A stretch of DNA of 64,000 nucleotides from Eledone cirrhosa (lineage: Eukaryota). Location: assembly GCA_964016885.1 (NCBI GenBank), contig OZ024751.1, forward strand, positions 48,112,001-48,176,000, written 5' to 3'. The translations under genes were made by a program, and so were the position numbers. Positions within the stretch are counted from its first letter, which is position 1; each line of letters begins with the position of its first letter. The notes under the pieces are model-generated. The model was not told the origin of the DNA. It made no database searches and worked only from the letters and a program-made list of their open reading frames with translations. Positions 1 through 11,860 of the stretch are shown one piece after another.

Positions 1-755
1 GCTTTACGATAGGAGTTCGATTTAAATTCATAACCATGTCCTGGTATTCGCAATGTCCTTGACATAGAAATAGCATCCAATTTGCCCTTTATACTCATAC
101 ATACACATATACAACGAATACATACAGACACAAACACGTACTCATACATACACATATACAACGAATACAGACAGATACAAACACGCACTCATACATACAC
201 ATATACACACATATAGTGAATTCATACATACACACATATAGTGAATTCAAACATACACATACACACATATACAATGAATACATACAGACACAAACACGTA
301 CTCATATGTGCACACATACATACACATAGTGAATTTATAGATACACATACACACATATAGTGAATTTATAGATACACACACACACACACATATATAGTGA
401 ATTCATACATACGCATACACACATATTCAATGCATGCAGACACGCACGCACACACGTACTCATATGCGCACACATACTCACACGTATACACAATATATAT
501 ACACATACAATGAATACATACAGATGCACACATATACCCATACATACACATACACAGATACACAAACGCACGCATACACTCACACACGCATTCACACCAG
601 CACACAGATACACGCATTCACTCACACGCACGCACATACGTTCATACAATATAGATATATACATACAATACACATATACATTCATTCACATCCATATACA
701 CCTCCCACACATACACACATTCAGTCACACCCACACATGCACGTTCATACAATTT

Positions 756-803
<48 letters not shown>

Positions 804-1151
804 CGAAGGAAATGTGGTAAGGAACCAGGTGGACCATAACGCATCAGAGTACTCAATACTTATGGTAGTAGAGTGGGTAATAGGAACGAGTAGGACCCCG
901 ACGGCTGAGCTCAAGCCGTTTCGACGGCTAATTCTGGACTCTAATTCTGCCGTTTCGACGGCTAATTCTATATATATATATATATATGTAGATAAATCTA
1001 GTTTGTATAATTCTGTATAATTTTGTACATAGATCTGTTGAATATGCATGCCAATTCTAACACATATATATCCTAGAAACGATCGTTAAATAATGAACTT
1101 TTTTTGTTTAATATAAGGAACTGTTTCATTGTTTTATTCATTATTTTTTTA

Positions 1152-1193
<42 letters not shown>

Positions 1194-1269
1194 CATATAA
1201 TAACCACTACATATACACATGTAGATACAGTACATACGCACATATATACGTAGATACAACACAAACGCG

Positions 1270-1990
1270 TATATACACGTAGATATAGCACATACACATA
1301 CATATATAGACGTAGATATAGCACATACACATACATACACGTAGATATAGCACATACATATATACACGTAGATATAGCACATACACATATATACACGTAG
1401 ATATAGCACATACACATACATATATACACGTAGATATAGCACGTACATATATAGACGTAGATATAGCACATACACATACATATATACACATAGATATAGC
1501 ACATACACATATATACAGCACATACACATACATATATACACGTAGATATAGCACATACATATATACACGTAGATATAGCACATACACATATATACACGTA
1601 GATATAGCACATACACATACATATATAGACGTAGATATAGCACATACACATACATACACGTAGATATAGCACATACATATATACACGTAGATATAGCACA
1701 TACACATATATACACGTAGATATAGCACATACACATACATATATACACGTAGATATAGCACGTACATATATACACGTAGATATAGCACATACACATACAT
1801 ATATACACATAGATATAGCACATACACATATATACAGCACATACACAAATATACAGCACATACACATACATATATACACATAGATATAGCACATACACAT
1901 ATATACAGCACATACACATATATACAGCACATACACATACATATATACACGTAGATATAGCACATACACATATATACACGTAGATACAAT
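1270..1990. repeat. Variable-length minisatellite with core CACGTAGATATAGCACATA
   Basis: Repeated core separated by (CA/TA)n spacers of varying length. Confidence 0.85.
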
Positions 1991-2079
1991 CCACACACGT
2001 TCAGAGTTCAAATCCAGAAGGCGGCCGGTCTCATGTTTTTCTCACCCTACCTTCAGTTATGAAAAGGAAAAAAATGCCT

Positions 2080-3900
2080 CCAGCACCACTACCAATACCA
2101 CAACTACTACCACCAGCAGCACCGCTACTGCTACTACCACTAATACCACTACTACTACCACCAATACGACCACCGCCACCAATACCACTACTACTACCAC
2201 CAATACGACCACTACCAATACCACAACTACTACCACCAATACCACTACTACTACCACCAATACTACCACTGCCACCAATACCACTACTACTACCACCAAT
2301 ACGACCACTACCAATACCACAACTACTACCACCAATACCACTACTACTACCACCAATACTACCACCGCCACCAATACCACTACTACTACCACCAATACGA
2401 CCACTACCAATACCACAACTACTACCACCAATACCACTACTACTACCACCAATACTACCACCGCCACCAATACCACTACTACTACCACCAATACGACCAC
2501 TACCAATACCACAACTACTACCACCAATACCACTACTACTACCACCAATACTACCACCACCACCAATACCACTACTACTACCACCAATACGACCACTACC
2601 AATACCACAACTACTACCACCAATACCACTACTACTACCACCAATACTACCACCGCCACCAATACCACTACTACTACCACCAATACGACCACTACCAATA
2701 CCACAACTACTACCACCAATACCACTACTACTACCACCAATACTACCACCGCCACCAATACCACTACTACTACCACCAATACGACCACTACCAATACCAC
2801 AACTACTACCACCACCAGCACCACTACTACCACCAATACTACCACCGCCACCAATACCACTACTACTACTACCACCAATACGACCACTACCAATACCACA
2901 ACTACTACCACCAGCAGCACCGCTACTACCACCAATACTACCACTGCCACCAATACCACTACTACTACCACCAATACGACCACTACCAATACCACAACTA
3001 CTACCACCAGCAGCACCACTACTGCTACTACCACCAATACTACCACCGCCACCAATACCACTACTACTACTACCACCAATACGACCACTACCAATACCAC
3101 AACTACTACCACCACCAGCACCACTACTACCACCAATACTACCACCGCCACCAATACCACTACTACTACTACCACCAATACGACCACTACCAATACCACA
3201 ACTACTACCACCAGCAGCACCGCTACTACCACCAATACTACCACTGCCACCAATACCACTACTACTACCACCAATACGACCACTACCAATACCACAACTA
3301 CTACCACCAGCAGCACCACTACTGCTACTACCACCAATACTACCACCGCCACCAATACCACTACTACTACTACCACCAATACGACCACTACCAATACCAC
3401 AACTACTACCACCACCAGCACCACTACTACCACCAATACTACCACCGCCACCAATACCACTACTACTACTACCACCAATACGACCACTACCAATACCACA
3501 ACTACTACCACCAGCAGCACCGCTACTACCACCAATACTACCACCGCCACCAATACCACTACTACTACTACCACCAATACGACCACTACCAATACCACAA
3601 CTACTACCACCAGCAGCACCGCTACTGCTACTACCACCAATACTACCACCGCCACCAATACCACTACTACTACTACCACCAATACGACCACTACCAATAC
3701 CACAACCACTACCACCAGCAGCACCACTACCGCTACTACCACCAATACCAATACCACCACCACCACCACCACCACCACTACTACTAATACTATCATAACA
3801 GTTACTACTTCTAGAACTACCACTACAACTACTACTACTACTATCATAAGGGTTACTACCATTACCACCACCACCACCAAAACTACTACAACCTCTAACA
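2080..3900. repeat. Triplet-based (CCA/CTA) higher-order tandem repeat, 96-bp then 300-bp periods
   Basis: Lines at 2821, 3121 and 3421 are identical; 32-codon unit earlier in the array. Confidence 0.9.
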
Positions 3901-4127
3901 CCGCAATAACGTGTATTTGTATGTGTGAGTGTGTGTATATGTGTCGGTGTGAGTGAGTGTGTGAATATGAGTGTATATGTATGAGAGTGTGTGTATATAA
4001 GTGTGGGTGTATATGTGTCAGTGTGTTTATATATGATAGAGTGTGTATGAATGTGTATGTGTCAGTGTGTTTATATATGATAGAGTGTGTATGAATGTGT
4101 ATGTGTCAGTGTGTTTATATATGAGAG

Positions 4128-4184
<57 letters not shown>

Positions 4185-5841
4185 CAGTGTGTTTATATAT
4201 GGGAGAGTGTCTGTGAATGTGTCAGTGTATATATATATATGAGAGAGTGTGTGTGTGTGTGTGTGTGTGTCAGTGTGTTTATATATGGGAGAATGTGTGT
4301 ATGTGTCGAACCTCTATTTCGTCGCCGAACATTCGTATCAATTGTTCGATCTACAATACACTACCCTACACTACAACCTGTTCGTCAAACTAACGAACAA
4401 GTGGTTGAGTATTTACACAGACTAACGTCACCCCTAACGTAATTCTCGTGGAGATCCCACGTGACACACATTGTGACTTAGGCCGGTCCTTTCTATTACA
4501 AGTACAGGAAAACTGTGTTGACGAAAGCAACGTGAAATAAAGTGTCTTACTCAAGGACAATGTATGTCCGAGAATAGCAGAAACAACCTCACCATCGCGA
4601 GCCGAACGTTCTTTAACCGCTAAGATACACGCCTTCACACCACAACTACTACCGCCAACACTACAACCACTACTACCACTACCACAACTACTATCACCAA
4701 CAGTGCAATCACCATAACTACTACCACCAACACTGCAACAAGTACCACCACCATCACTACTACTACTACTACCAGCACCACTACCACCAGTATCACTACT
4801 ACCACTACCACCATAACTTCTACTACTACAACCTCTACTACCGCTATAACTACTACCACTACCACCACCACTACTACTACCGCCTCTACAACTATTACCA
4901 CCGCTTTAACTACTACTACTACCACCACAACTAGTACTACTACTACTACAGCCTCTACAACTACTACCATAACCACTAACACCACCATAACCACTAACAC
5001 CACCATAACTACTACCACCATAAATACTACTACCACCATAACTACTACCACCATAAACACTACCACCACCACCATAACTACTACAGCCTCTACAACTACT
5101 ACCAATAACCACTACCACCACCATAACCACTACCACCACCACCACAACTACTAACACCACCATAACCACTACCACCACCACCACAACTACTACTACCATA
5201 ACCACTACCACCACCACCATAACTACTACCACCACCACAACTACTACTACCACAACCACTACCACCAACACACCACATCACATCATATACATTAGTATGT
5301 TGGTGTATACTTAAACAGCTGACTGCTACAGCAGTGAGATGTTGGCCAAGCAGGCTTACACACAGATACATCTTCACTGCGGGTCATGAGGTCAATTTTA
5401 GAAGGCAGAGCGAGGGGGCGATAGGAGAAGGAGGAGAAAGCAACAAGAGGGTAATACAAAATATTATGTCACTATAAAACTAATCCCTTAACTCATGATG
5501 GGAATCTCACGGGCTTGTCGGGGGGGATGGACGGTCGTCGCGACATTCAAACCTAGCGGCGCCCATCCATCTCCGGGTCTGAAGCACAGCTGATTTCTCT
5601 TTCCAGAGTTAAGAGCGAGAGAAAGTGGGAGACGAAGAGGGAGAAGCTGATATAGAGACACACGATCGACACCCTCCCACCACCACCCATCCACTTCCCA
5701 GTTTTGGATTGCTATTTTATTTATCGATTTCGGCGCGATTGAAACAAAGAGTGCAGCGAGCCGGACTGGATACCGCAAAGTATTTTATTCCACAATCTAA
5801 CGATTAAGTCACCTCTCCGCTGTTATAACTAGACAGTAGGA

Positions 5842-5911
<70 letters not shown>

Positions 5912-6048
5912 AGAGGTTATATTTAATTTGTTGGGATACAAGCAAAATATTTTTATAACTGATATAAAGCACTCAACAAATTATTGGAGTAAATATACAA
6001 TATATACAATATATTAACAAATGGAAACTATATTTATAAAACCATATT

Positions 6049-6114
6049 TATTTCATTATACATATTTCAAGGGCCACCAAGGCAAACTATGGTGCGCTTT
6101 CATCAGATAAAATA
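6049..6114 (-). ncRNA. Minimal hammerhead (family A)
   Basis: TATTTTAT-CTGATGA-AAGCGCACC...GGTGGCCCTT-GAAA-TATGTA-TA^ATGAAATA. Confidence 0.62.
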
Positions 6115-6175
6115 TAATAGAGGTTAGTTTTTTTCAAGGTATGTCAATATTTATTTATAAAACTAACCTATATTA

Positions 6176-6241
6176 TATCTTATCTGATGAAAGCGCACCA
6201 TAGTTTGCCTTGGTGGCCCTTGAAATATGTATAATGAAATA
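6176..6241 (+). ncRNA. Minimal hammerhead (family A), inverted partner of 6049-6114
   Basis: TATCTTAT-CTGATGA-AAGCGCACC...GGTGGCCCTT-GAAA-TATGTA-TA^ATGAAATA. Confidence 0.58.
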
Positions 6242-6434
6242 AATATGGTTTTATAAATATAGTTTCCATTTGTTAATATATTGTATATATGTATATATAT
6301 GCAGAGGTTATATTTAATTTGTTGGGATTCAACAAGCTTAAACATTTTTATAACCGATATAAAGCACTCAACAAGTTAGTGGAGTAAACACACAATATAT
6401 TAATAAATGGAAACTATATTTATAAAACCATATT

Positions 6435-6500
6435 TATTTTATTATACATATTTCAAGGGCAACCAAGCCAAATTATGGTGCGCTTTCATCAGATAAAATA
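6435..6500 (-). ncRNA. Minimal hammerhead (family A)
   Basis: Perfect 8-bp stem I TATTTTAT/ATAAAATA, intact CTGATGA and GAAA. Confidence 0.65.
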
Positions 6501-6505
6501 TATAT

Positions 6506-6545
<40 letters not shown>

Positions 6546-6627
6546 AATATTAGACAGGAACAAAAAACAGAGAGGCAGTACAAATAGTAGTTTATTAGGT
6601 TCACGCTTTTGAGAGTGGGGGTGGGGC

Positions 6628-6660
6628 ACGACGTTTCGGGCATAAGCCCTTCATCAGGAG
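6628..6660 (-). ncRNA. Penelope-type hammerhead core, weak stem I
   Basis: CTGATGA-AGGGC ttat GCCC-GAAACGTC. Confidence 0.45.
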
Positions 6661-6728
6661 AAAAGTGGGTAGGAAGAGAGTTCCGAGGGTGTGTGGGGGA
6701 GTGGTGGAAAGACATTTTAAAAAAGGGA

Positions 6729-6761
<33 letters not shown>

Positions 6762-6976
6762 ATATAATTTCACAAATTTTTGCCAATAGAGAGAGAGTCG
6801 GTTTCTAACAGACACAAGACTCTCTCATTGGAATTTACACAACATCAACTAGGTAGATATGTATGTATGTATGCATGTGTAGATATGGATGTTATTGTAT
6901 GTATGGATGTGTATATTTTGAGTTGCATGTGTGCATGTGTATATGCTTAGTATCTGTACATGTGTATATGCAGTTA

Positions 6977-7218
6977 TTAGATGCAAAATGTTTGGAATGT
7001 TTTACATATTTCTACTGTTCCATTAATGGATTGTACTTGTAATTTCCTAACTAGTTGTGTTCTTTCTGTTCCTGTGAAGCCCAGCTTCTCAAGATTTGTA
7101 TTGAGGCAGTTACTAACATATCTCAGTGCCCCGATAATCACAGGCATAAATCTGAAGGTATAGTCAGGGTGGAGTATCTGCAGATTTCTCATTAGTTCTG
7201 CATAAATATTCTCCTTTT
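6977..7218 (-). mobile_element. 3' fragment of R4/Dong-like non-LTR retrotransposon (restriction-like endonuclease C-terminus)
   Basis: KKENIYAELMRNLQ...FMPVIIGALRYVSNCL resembles the K..KY..L...PVIIGALG motif; inserted among simple repeats. Confidence 0.6.
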
Positions 7219-7684
7219 TTTATATATATGTATATAAATATGTATGTGTGGTCCCGTAACTCCTGATAGAGTCGTAGGGACGCCGTATTGACATACGGCG
7301 TTTCTTGGGCATCTTAAGCCTGGCGGAGCTCATCCCTCTCCACGTCTGAGTACAGCAGATTTCTTCCAGAGAAAGATAGAAAGTGAGGGAGACATGGAAT
7401 GAGAAAGAGATATAGAGGAAGAATCTACCCCAGTACTTGACTGGTACTTTTTTTTTATCGACCTCGAAAGGATGAAAGGCAAAATTGACCTCGGCTGGAT
7501 TTTGCACTCAGAGAGCAAAGAGCCGGAACGAATACCACAAAGCATTCTATCAGACACTCTAACGACTCTACGAATTTGCTGCCTGAGTTCAAATCCCGCC
7601 TGGGGTGTAGTTTGTCTCACCCCCCTTTTCCCTTTTTTTTAAAAAGTTTATTTCTCTCTCCCTCTCTCCTCATCCCTTTCCTCT

Positions 7685-7982
7685 TGGCAGAATCGGTAGA
7701 GCGTCGGACACCATGCTTTACGGCGTAGGGTTACGTCTCTTTAGGTTCCGAGTTCAAATCCTGCCGAGGTTAACTTTGTCTTTCATCCTTACGGGGTCGA
7801 TAAAATAAAGTACCAGTAATGTACCGAGGTCGATTTAATCGACATTCCCTTCCCCCAAAATTGCTGGCCTTGTGCCTAAACCAGAAACCATTATTAATTT
7901 TATTATTATGGGGTCGATAAAATAAAGTACCAGTAATGTACTGAGTAATTGCTGGCCTTGTGCCAAAAGTAGAAACAATTAT
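7685..7982 (+). mobile_element. tRNA-derived SINE with Nin-like central domain; further copies at about 7430-7560(-), 11965-12090, 16240-16445(-), 32835-33000(-), 37640-38240 (tandem), 41855-42150, 47570-47680, 55030-55135(-), 59620-59690
   Basis: A box TGGCAGAATCGG, B box GAGTTCAAATCC, conserved core GCCTTTCATCCTTACGGGGTCGATAAAATAAAGTACCAG repeated across the window. Confidence 0.8.
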
Positions 7983-8459
7983 TATTACAATATTCATACG
8001 GGGGGGGGGGGGAGACGTTTCGCCGAAGGATATAGAACAACAGACAGCACAATCATAATAAATTAAAGTGACTGAAAATAAACGACAATAAAACGAAACT
8101 GAATGATGCATGCAAGTCTTATCGCAGCCTTAAGCAAGTTTCTTTTCTTTCCCGGGATTCATTTCCGATTCTTTCCCATTATTGTGATAATTTATTGGTG
8201 GGCGGCAATTGACTGCAAACAGTCTGTTGCAGGAGGGGGGATGAGCAGATCGATATAGAAAAGAACTCCACAAATAGATCCTTCGGAAAGAATTTCAAAA
8301 AATTTATATCTTTCAGTTTATCGATTAAAGAAAAATTCAAAAGGTGAAGATTTACAGTGAAAAAGCAGATACTTTTCATTTCCATCTTTTGTCTAGTTTT
8401 TATGAAGCATCCCCTATATATATATATATTTTATATATATATAGTCAGAAAACCATTCC

Positions 8460-8512
8460 GAGATTCCTGATGATTTCTAAAGAATTAAACAGTTCTAGTC
8501 CTGTAGAATCTC
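8460..8512 (+). ncRNA. Family B hammerhead copy with core mutation (GAAA to TAAA), probably inactive
   Basis: GAGATTC-CTGATGA-TTTCTAAAGAAT-TAAA-CAG...CTG-TA^GAATCTC. Confidence 0.55.
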
Positions 8513-8523
8513 ATCTATATTAA

Positions 8524-8565
<42 letters not shown>

Positions 8566-8581
8566 CATATACAGCCACATA

Positions 8582-10550
8582 TATGAGGTCTGTGGAAAAC
8601 TTATCCGATTGTTTTTTCCAGTAGGAAGTAATGACGTTAAGGAGAGGAAAAATAGGAAGAGTGAAGCTGCATCGTGCGCACGCGTGGCATTGGCGAGCTC
8701 GCTGGATACACGAGTCGCTGTCAGGCAACCACCATGTGAGGGGCTGTACAAGTTACTCGTCACATTTTCATTTCGTCCACAACTGCCATCAGAGATGCCA
8801 AGTTACTGAATACCGTGATTAACAGGAGATGAGACGTGGTTGTACGGGGTATAACCTGGAAACCAAAGCTGAGTCATCTCAGTGGGAAACATCCAACGAC
8901 ATCAAGGTCCACAAAATCACATCAAGTGTGGAGCAAAAATCAAAGCGTTGTGCATCACGAATGCACATCAGAGGGACAAACTGTTACAAAGGTGTTGTAC
9001 TACCAGGAAGTCATCCAATCCATTCATGATGCAGCAAGAGATCACATCTGTGGGCCTAGCAAAACTGACAGCTGCATCACCACAACACCACAGCTTCTTC
9101 GTGGCAGCTGATCCAAAGTTGTGCACGAATGCACATCAGAGGGACAAACTGTTACAAAGGTGTTGTACTACCAGGAAGTCATCCAATCCATTCATGATGC
9201 AGCAAGAGATCACATCTGTGGGCCTAGCAAAACTGACAGCTGCATCACCACAACACCACAGCTTCTTCGTGGCAGCTGATCCAAAGTTGTGCACGAATGC
9301 ACATCAGAGGGACAAACTGTTACAAAGGTGTTGTACTACCAGGAAGTCATCCAATCCATTCATGATGCAGCTCGGTGCAAGAGATCACATCTGACAGCTG
9401 CATCACCACAACACCACAGCTTCTTCGTGGCAGCTGATCCAAAGTTGTGCACGAATGCACATCAGAGGGACAAACTGTTACAAAGGTGTTGTACTACCAG
9501 GAAGTCATCCAATCCATTCATGATGCAGCTCGGTGCAAGAGATCACATCTGACAGCTGCATCACCACAACACCACAGCTTCTTCGTGGCAGCTGATCCAA
9601 AGTTTCTTGGCAAAACACGTTTGTAATAATTATGCAGGAAAATTGTTTATTATTTTTTTTGCATTTTTATTTTTTACTGAAAGTGCATCATGCATATGCA
9701 TGTGTGTACATTTATATGCGTGTGTGCACATGCATATACATGTGTGCATGCATGTGCATGTGTGCGCATGCATATGACGACATAATGAAATTCAGAACTG
9801 TTCATCACCCAAGAGGAACTCTAGTTAACAGATGTCACCCCTCCTTTAGTTGCGATATAAGTCAACTCGTGCCAGAAAACTAGGCAACAGCGGTAGACTA
9901 TTAGGAGAGGTGGGACAATGGGTGACACTGCTAGCTACTAAGAAAACTCTCACAATGCAGTGATGTAGCTAATATTTTGGGCAGAATGTCTCAGGAATGA
10001 AGCACTGGACTCTCCGGACATGGATTCTATTTGACTTCTGTTCTGCGTATGACTAAAAGAATGAAGAACCCATTTAAAGGTTGTCCAAGAGGACATCATG
10101 AAGACTCTGATGGCAGAACTGAGAGCCATTCCAGAAAAAAAAAACATACTGAACAGGGCTGCCAACAGTGGGAGGTTCGCTGGGTTGTGGTGCGTGTGTG
10201 GGTGGAGAGTACTAGAGACCCTCTTTGAACAGTGGAAGGATCACCGGGTTGTGGACTGTAGTGCAAAGGGCTTACTTCAAAGGGGATGGAAAGAACACTG
10301 GGCTGTGTTGGGGTGCAAGGGGACTACTTCGAACAGTAGAAAGATCGCTAGGCTAAGTGTAGAGGGTACAAAGGCCCTACTTCATAGGGGATTATCAATT
10401 AAACACCAGCATAAACGTAGACTTTTTTTTTCCAGTCTAAGGTTGGATATTTTTTCAACAGACCCCGTATATACAAACACACACACACGTATCCATCCAT
10501 GGGCCTAAGGACTGTGAGCTCTTACCCTTGGATATTTCTACCAAACTTTT
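8582..10550 (+). mobile_element. Decayed mariner transposon with internal tandem amplification
   Basis: TIR-like start tatgaggtctgtggaaaacttatcc; TGDETWLYG/YNLETKAESSQW at 8822-8884; VVHHEC...GQTVTK.YYQEVI; C-terminal remnants (ELRAIP, G.YFE) at about 10100-10390; frameshifts. Confidence 0.75.
8956..9604 (+). repeat. About 4 tandem copies (168/168/158 bp) of a mariner catalytic-domain fragment
   Basis: CACGAATGCACATCAGAGGGAC at 8956, 9124, 9292, 9450. Confidence 0.9.
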
Positions 10551-10589
<39 letters not shown>

Positions 10590-10814
10590 CAGATTAGAGC
10601 AAACATCACGGGCGCTCTATCTCAAAATTATCTTTGAAAAGCATTAGAAATGCGCAACCGGTAAAAACTTAAAACCAAAACTGAATACTAACCAATACTA
10701 TTACTAATTTTTACTTATTCCTAATTAAACTATTTTTCACTGGGAACAATTTGTCAGCATTTTCTTTTCCTTTTACCAATATATCACAACTCGTGTGTTA
10801 CACCTCTATTCTTT

Positions 10815-10869
<55 letters not shown>

Positions 10870-10956
10870 GTAGGTCCCGGGTTGAGTCGGGGATAACCAC
10901 AGTAAGTAAGGTACTCAATACATGGCAGAGTAAATTTTTTTTTATTTTATAGAAGG

Positions 10957-11007
10957 AGCTTCTACAGGACTAGTACTGTTTCATTCAGATGAAATCTTCA
11001 GGAAGCT
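10957..11007 (-). ncRNA. Type I hammerhead ribozyme (family B variant)
   Basis: AGCTTC-CTGAAGA-TTTC atct GAAT-GAAA-CAG tactagtc CTG-TA^GAAGCT; stem I covaries with the 11812 copy. Confidence 0.75.
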
Positions 11008-11057
11008 GGGTGTCATATTAAGTTCTGCAGAACTTAATATATATATATATAAAATAT

Positions 11058-11097
<40 letters not shown>

Positions 11098-11604
11098 TGT
11101 CCTGGCAGGTGGCATATATATATATTGCTAAATATCTAAGTTCTTTAACTGCCATGCTTTCCTGTCGGAAGATCTTTTTTGTTGATATTCAGACGATTTA
11201 ATTAATAAAACGAAAATATACAAATAGTAAAAGGTCACAACCACAGCTACTTTTATATATTATACAGTGGTGTTTGTGTTGTGTGTGTACACAGACACAC
11301 ACTCGCTCTCTCTCTCTATGTAAGTACGTGTGTGTGTGTGTGTATACACGTACACATATATACACACATACATACGCATATACATAATTAAAAACCCACA
11401 CGCATGCATACATACACACACATATATAAAATTATATATATATATATATGTGTGTAGGAGGTGAGTTTTATTGTAGTACAATAAAGCAATGCAAATATCG
11501 TATAAGTAGCACTCTACAGTTTGTAGGACTGGAGTATAAATAATATAAGATCACTAAAACTTCACTATTCACAAGTGTTTTTTAATCTTCATATCATGTA
11601 TCCC

Positions 11605-11676
11605 TATTTTATCTGATGAAAACGCAGATATCATCTCATGATGATATTTGTTTTTTGAAATGCGCATAATAAAATA
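11605..11676 (+). ncRNA. Minimal type I hammerhead ribozyme (family A, long stem II)
   Basis: TATTTTAT-CTGATGA-[AAAC GCAGATATCATC tcat GATGATATTTGT TTTTT]-GAAA-T-GCGC-A-TA^ATAAAATA: 8-bp stem I, intact core, palindromic TGCGCA stem/loop III. Confidence 0.8.
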
Positions 11677-11706
11677 CTTGGAACTCTTTTAACCATCTTT
11701 TGATCT

Positions 11707-11752
<46 letters not shown>

Positions 11753-11757
11753 GATGA

Positions 11758-11806
11758 GATTCTACAGGACTAGAACTGTTTCATTCTTTAGAAATCATCA
11801 GGAATC
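11758..11806 (-). ncRNA. Type I hammerhead ribozyme (family B), left arm of palindrome
   Basis: Exact reverse complement of 11812-11860. Confidence 0.72.
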
Positions 11807-11811
11807 CTGGC

Positions 11812-11860
11812 GATTCCTGATGATTTCTAAAGAATGAAACAGTTCTAGTCCTGTAGAATC
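11812..11860 (+). ncRNA. Type I hammerhead ribozyme (family B), right arm of palindrome
   Basis: GATTC-CTGATGA-TTTC taaa GAAT-GAAA-CAG ttctagtc CTG-TA^GAATC; U.U at the base of stem II. Confidence 0.72.

Noticed and set aside
95-2011. Cys/Val/Tyr-rich ORFs
   Set aside because: Translations of (CA)n/(TA)n microsatellites
2057-3901. 614-aa poly-Val and 579-aa Pro/Leu ORFs
   Set aside because: Alternative frames of a triplet repeat, no domain content
7685-7765. tRNA gene (A and B boxes)
   Set aside because: No cloverleaf; it is the head of a multi-copy SINE
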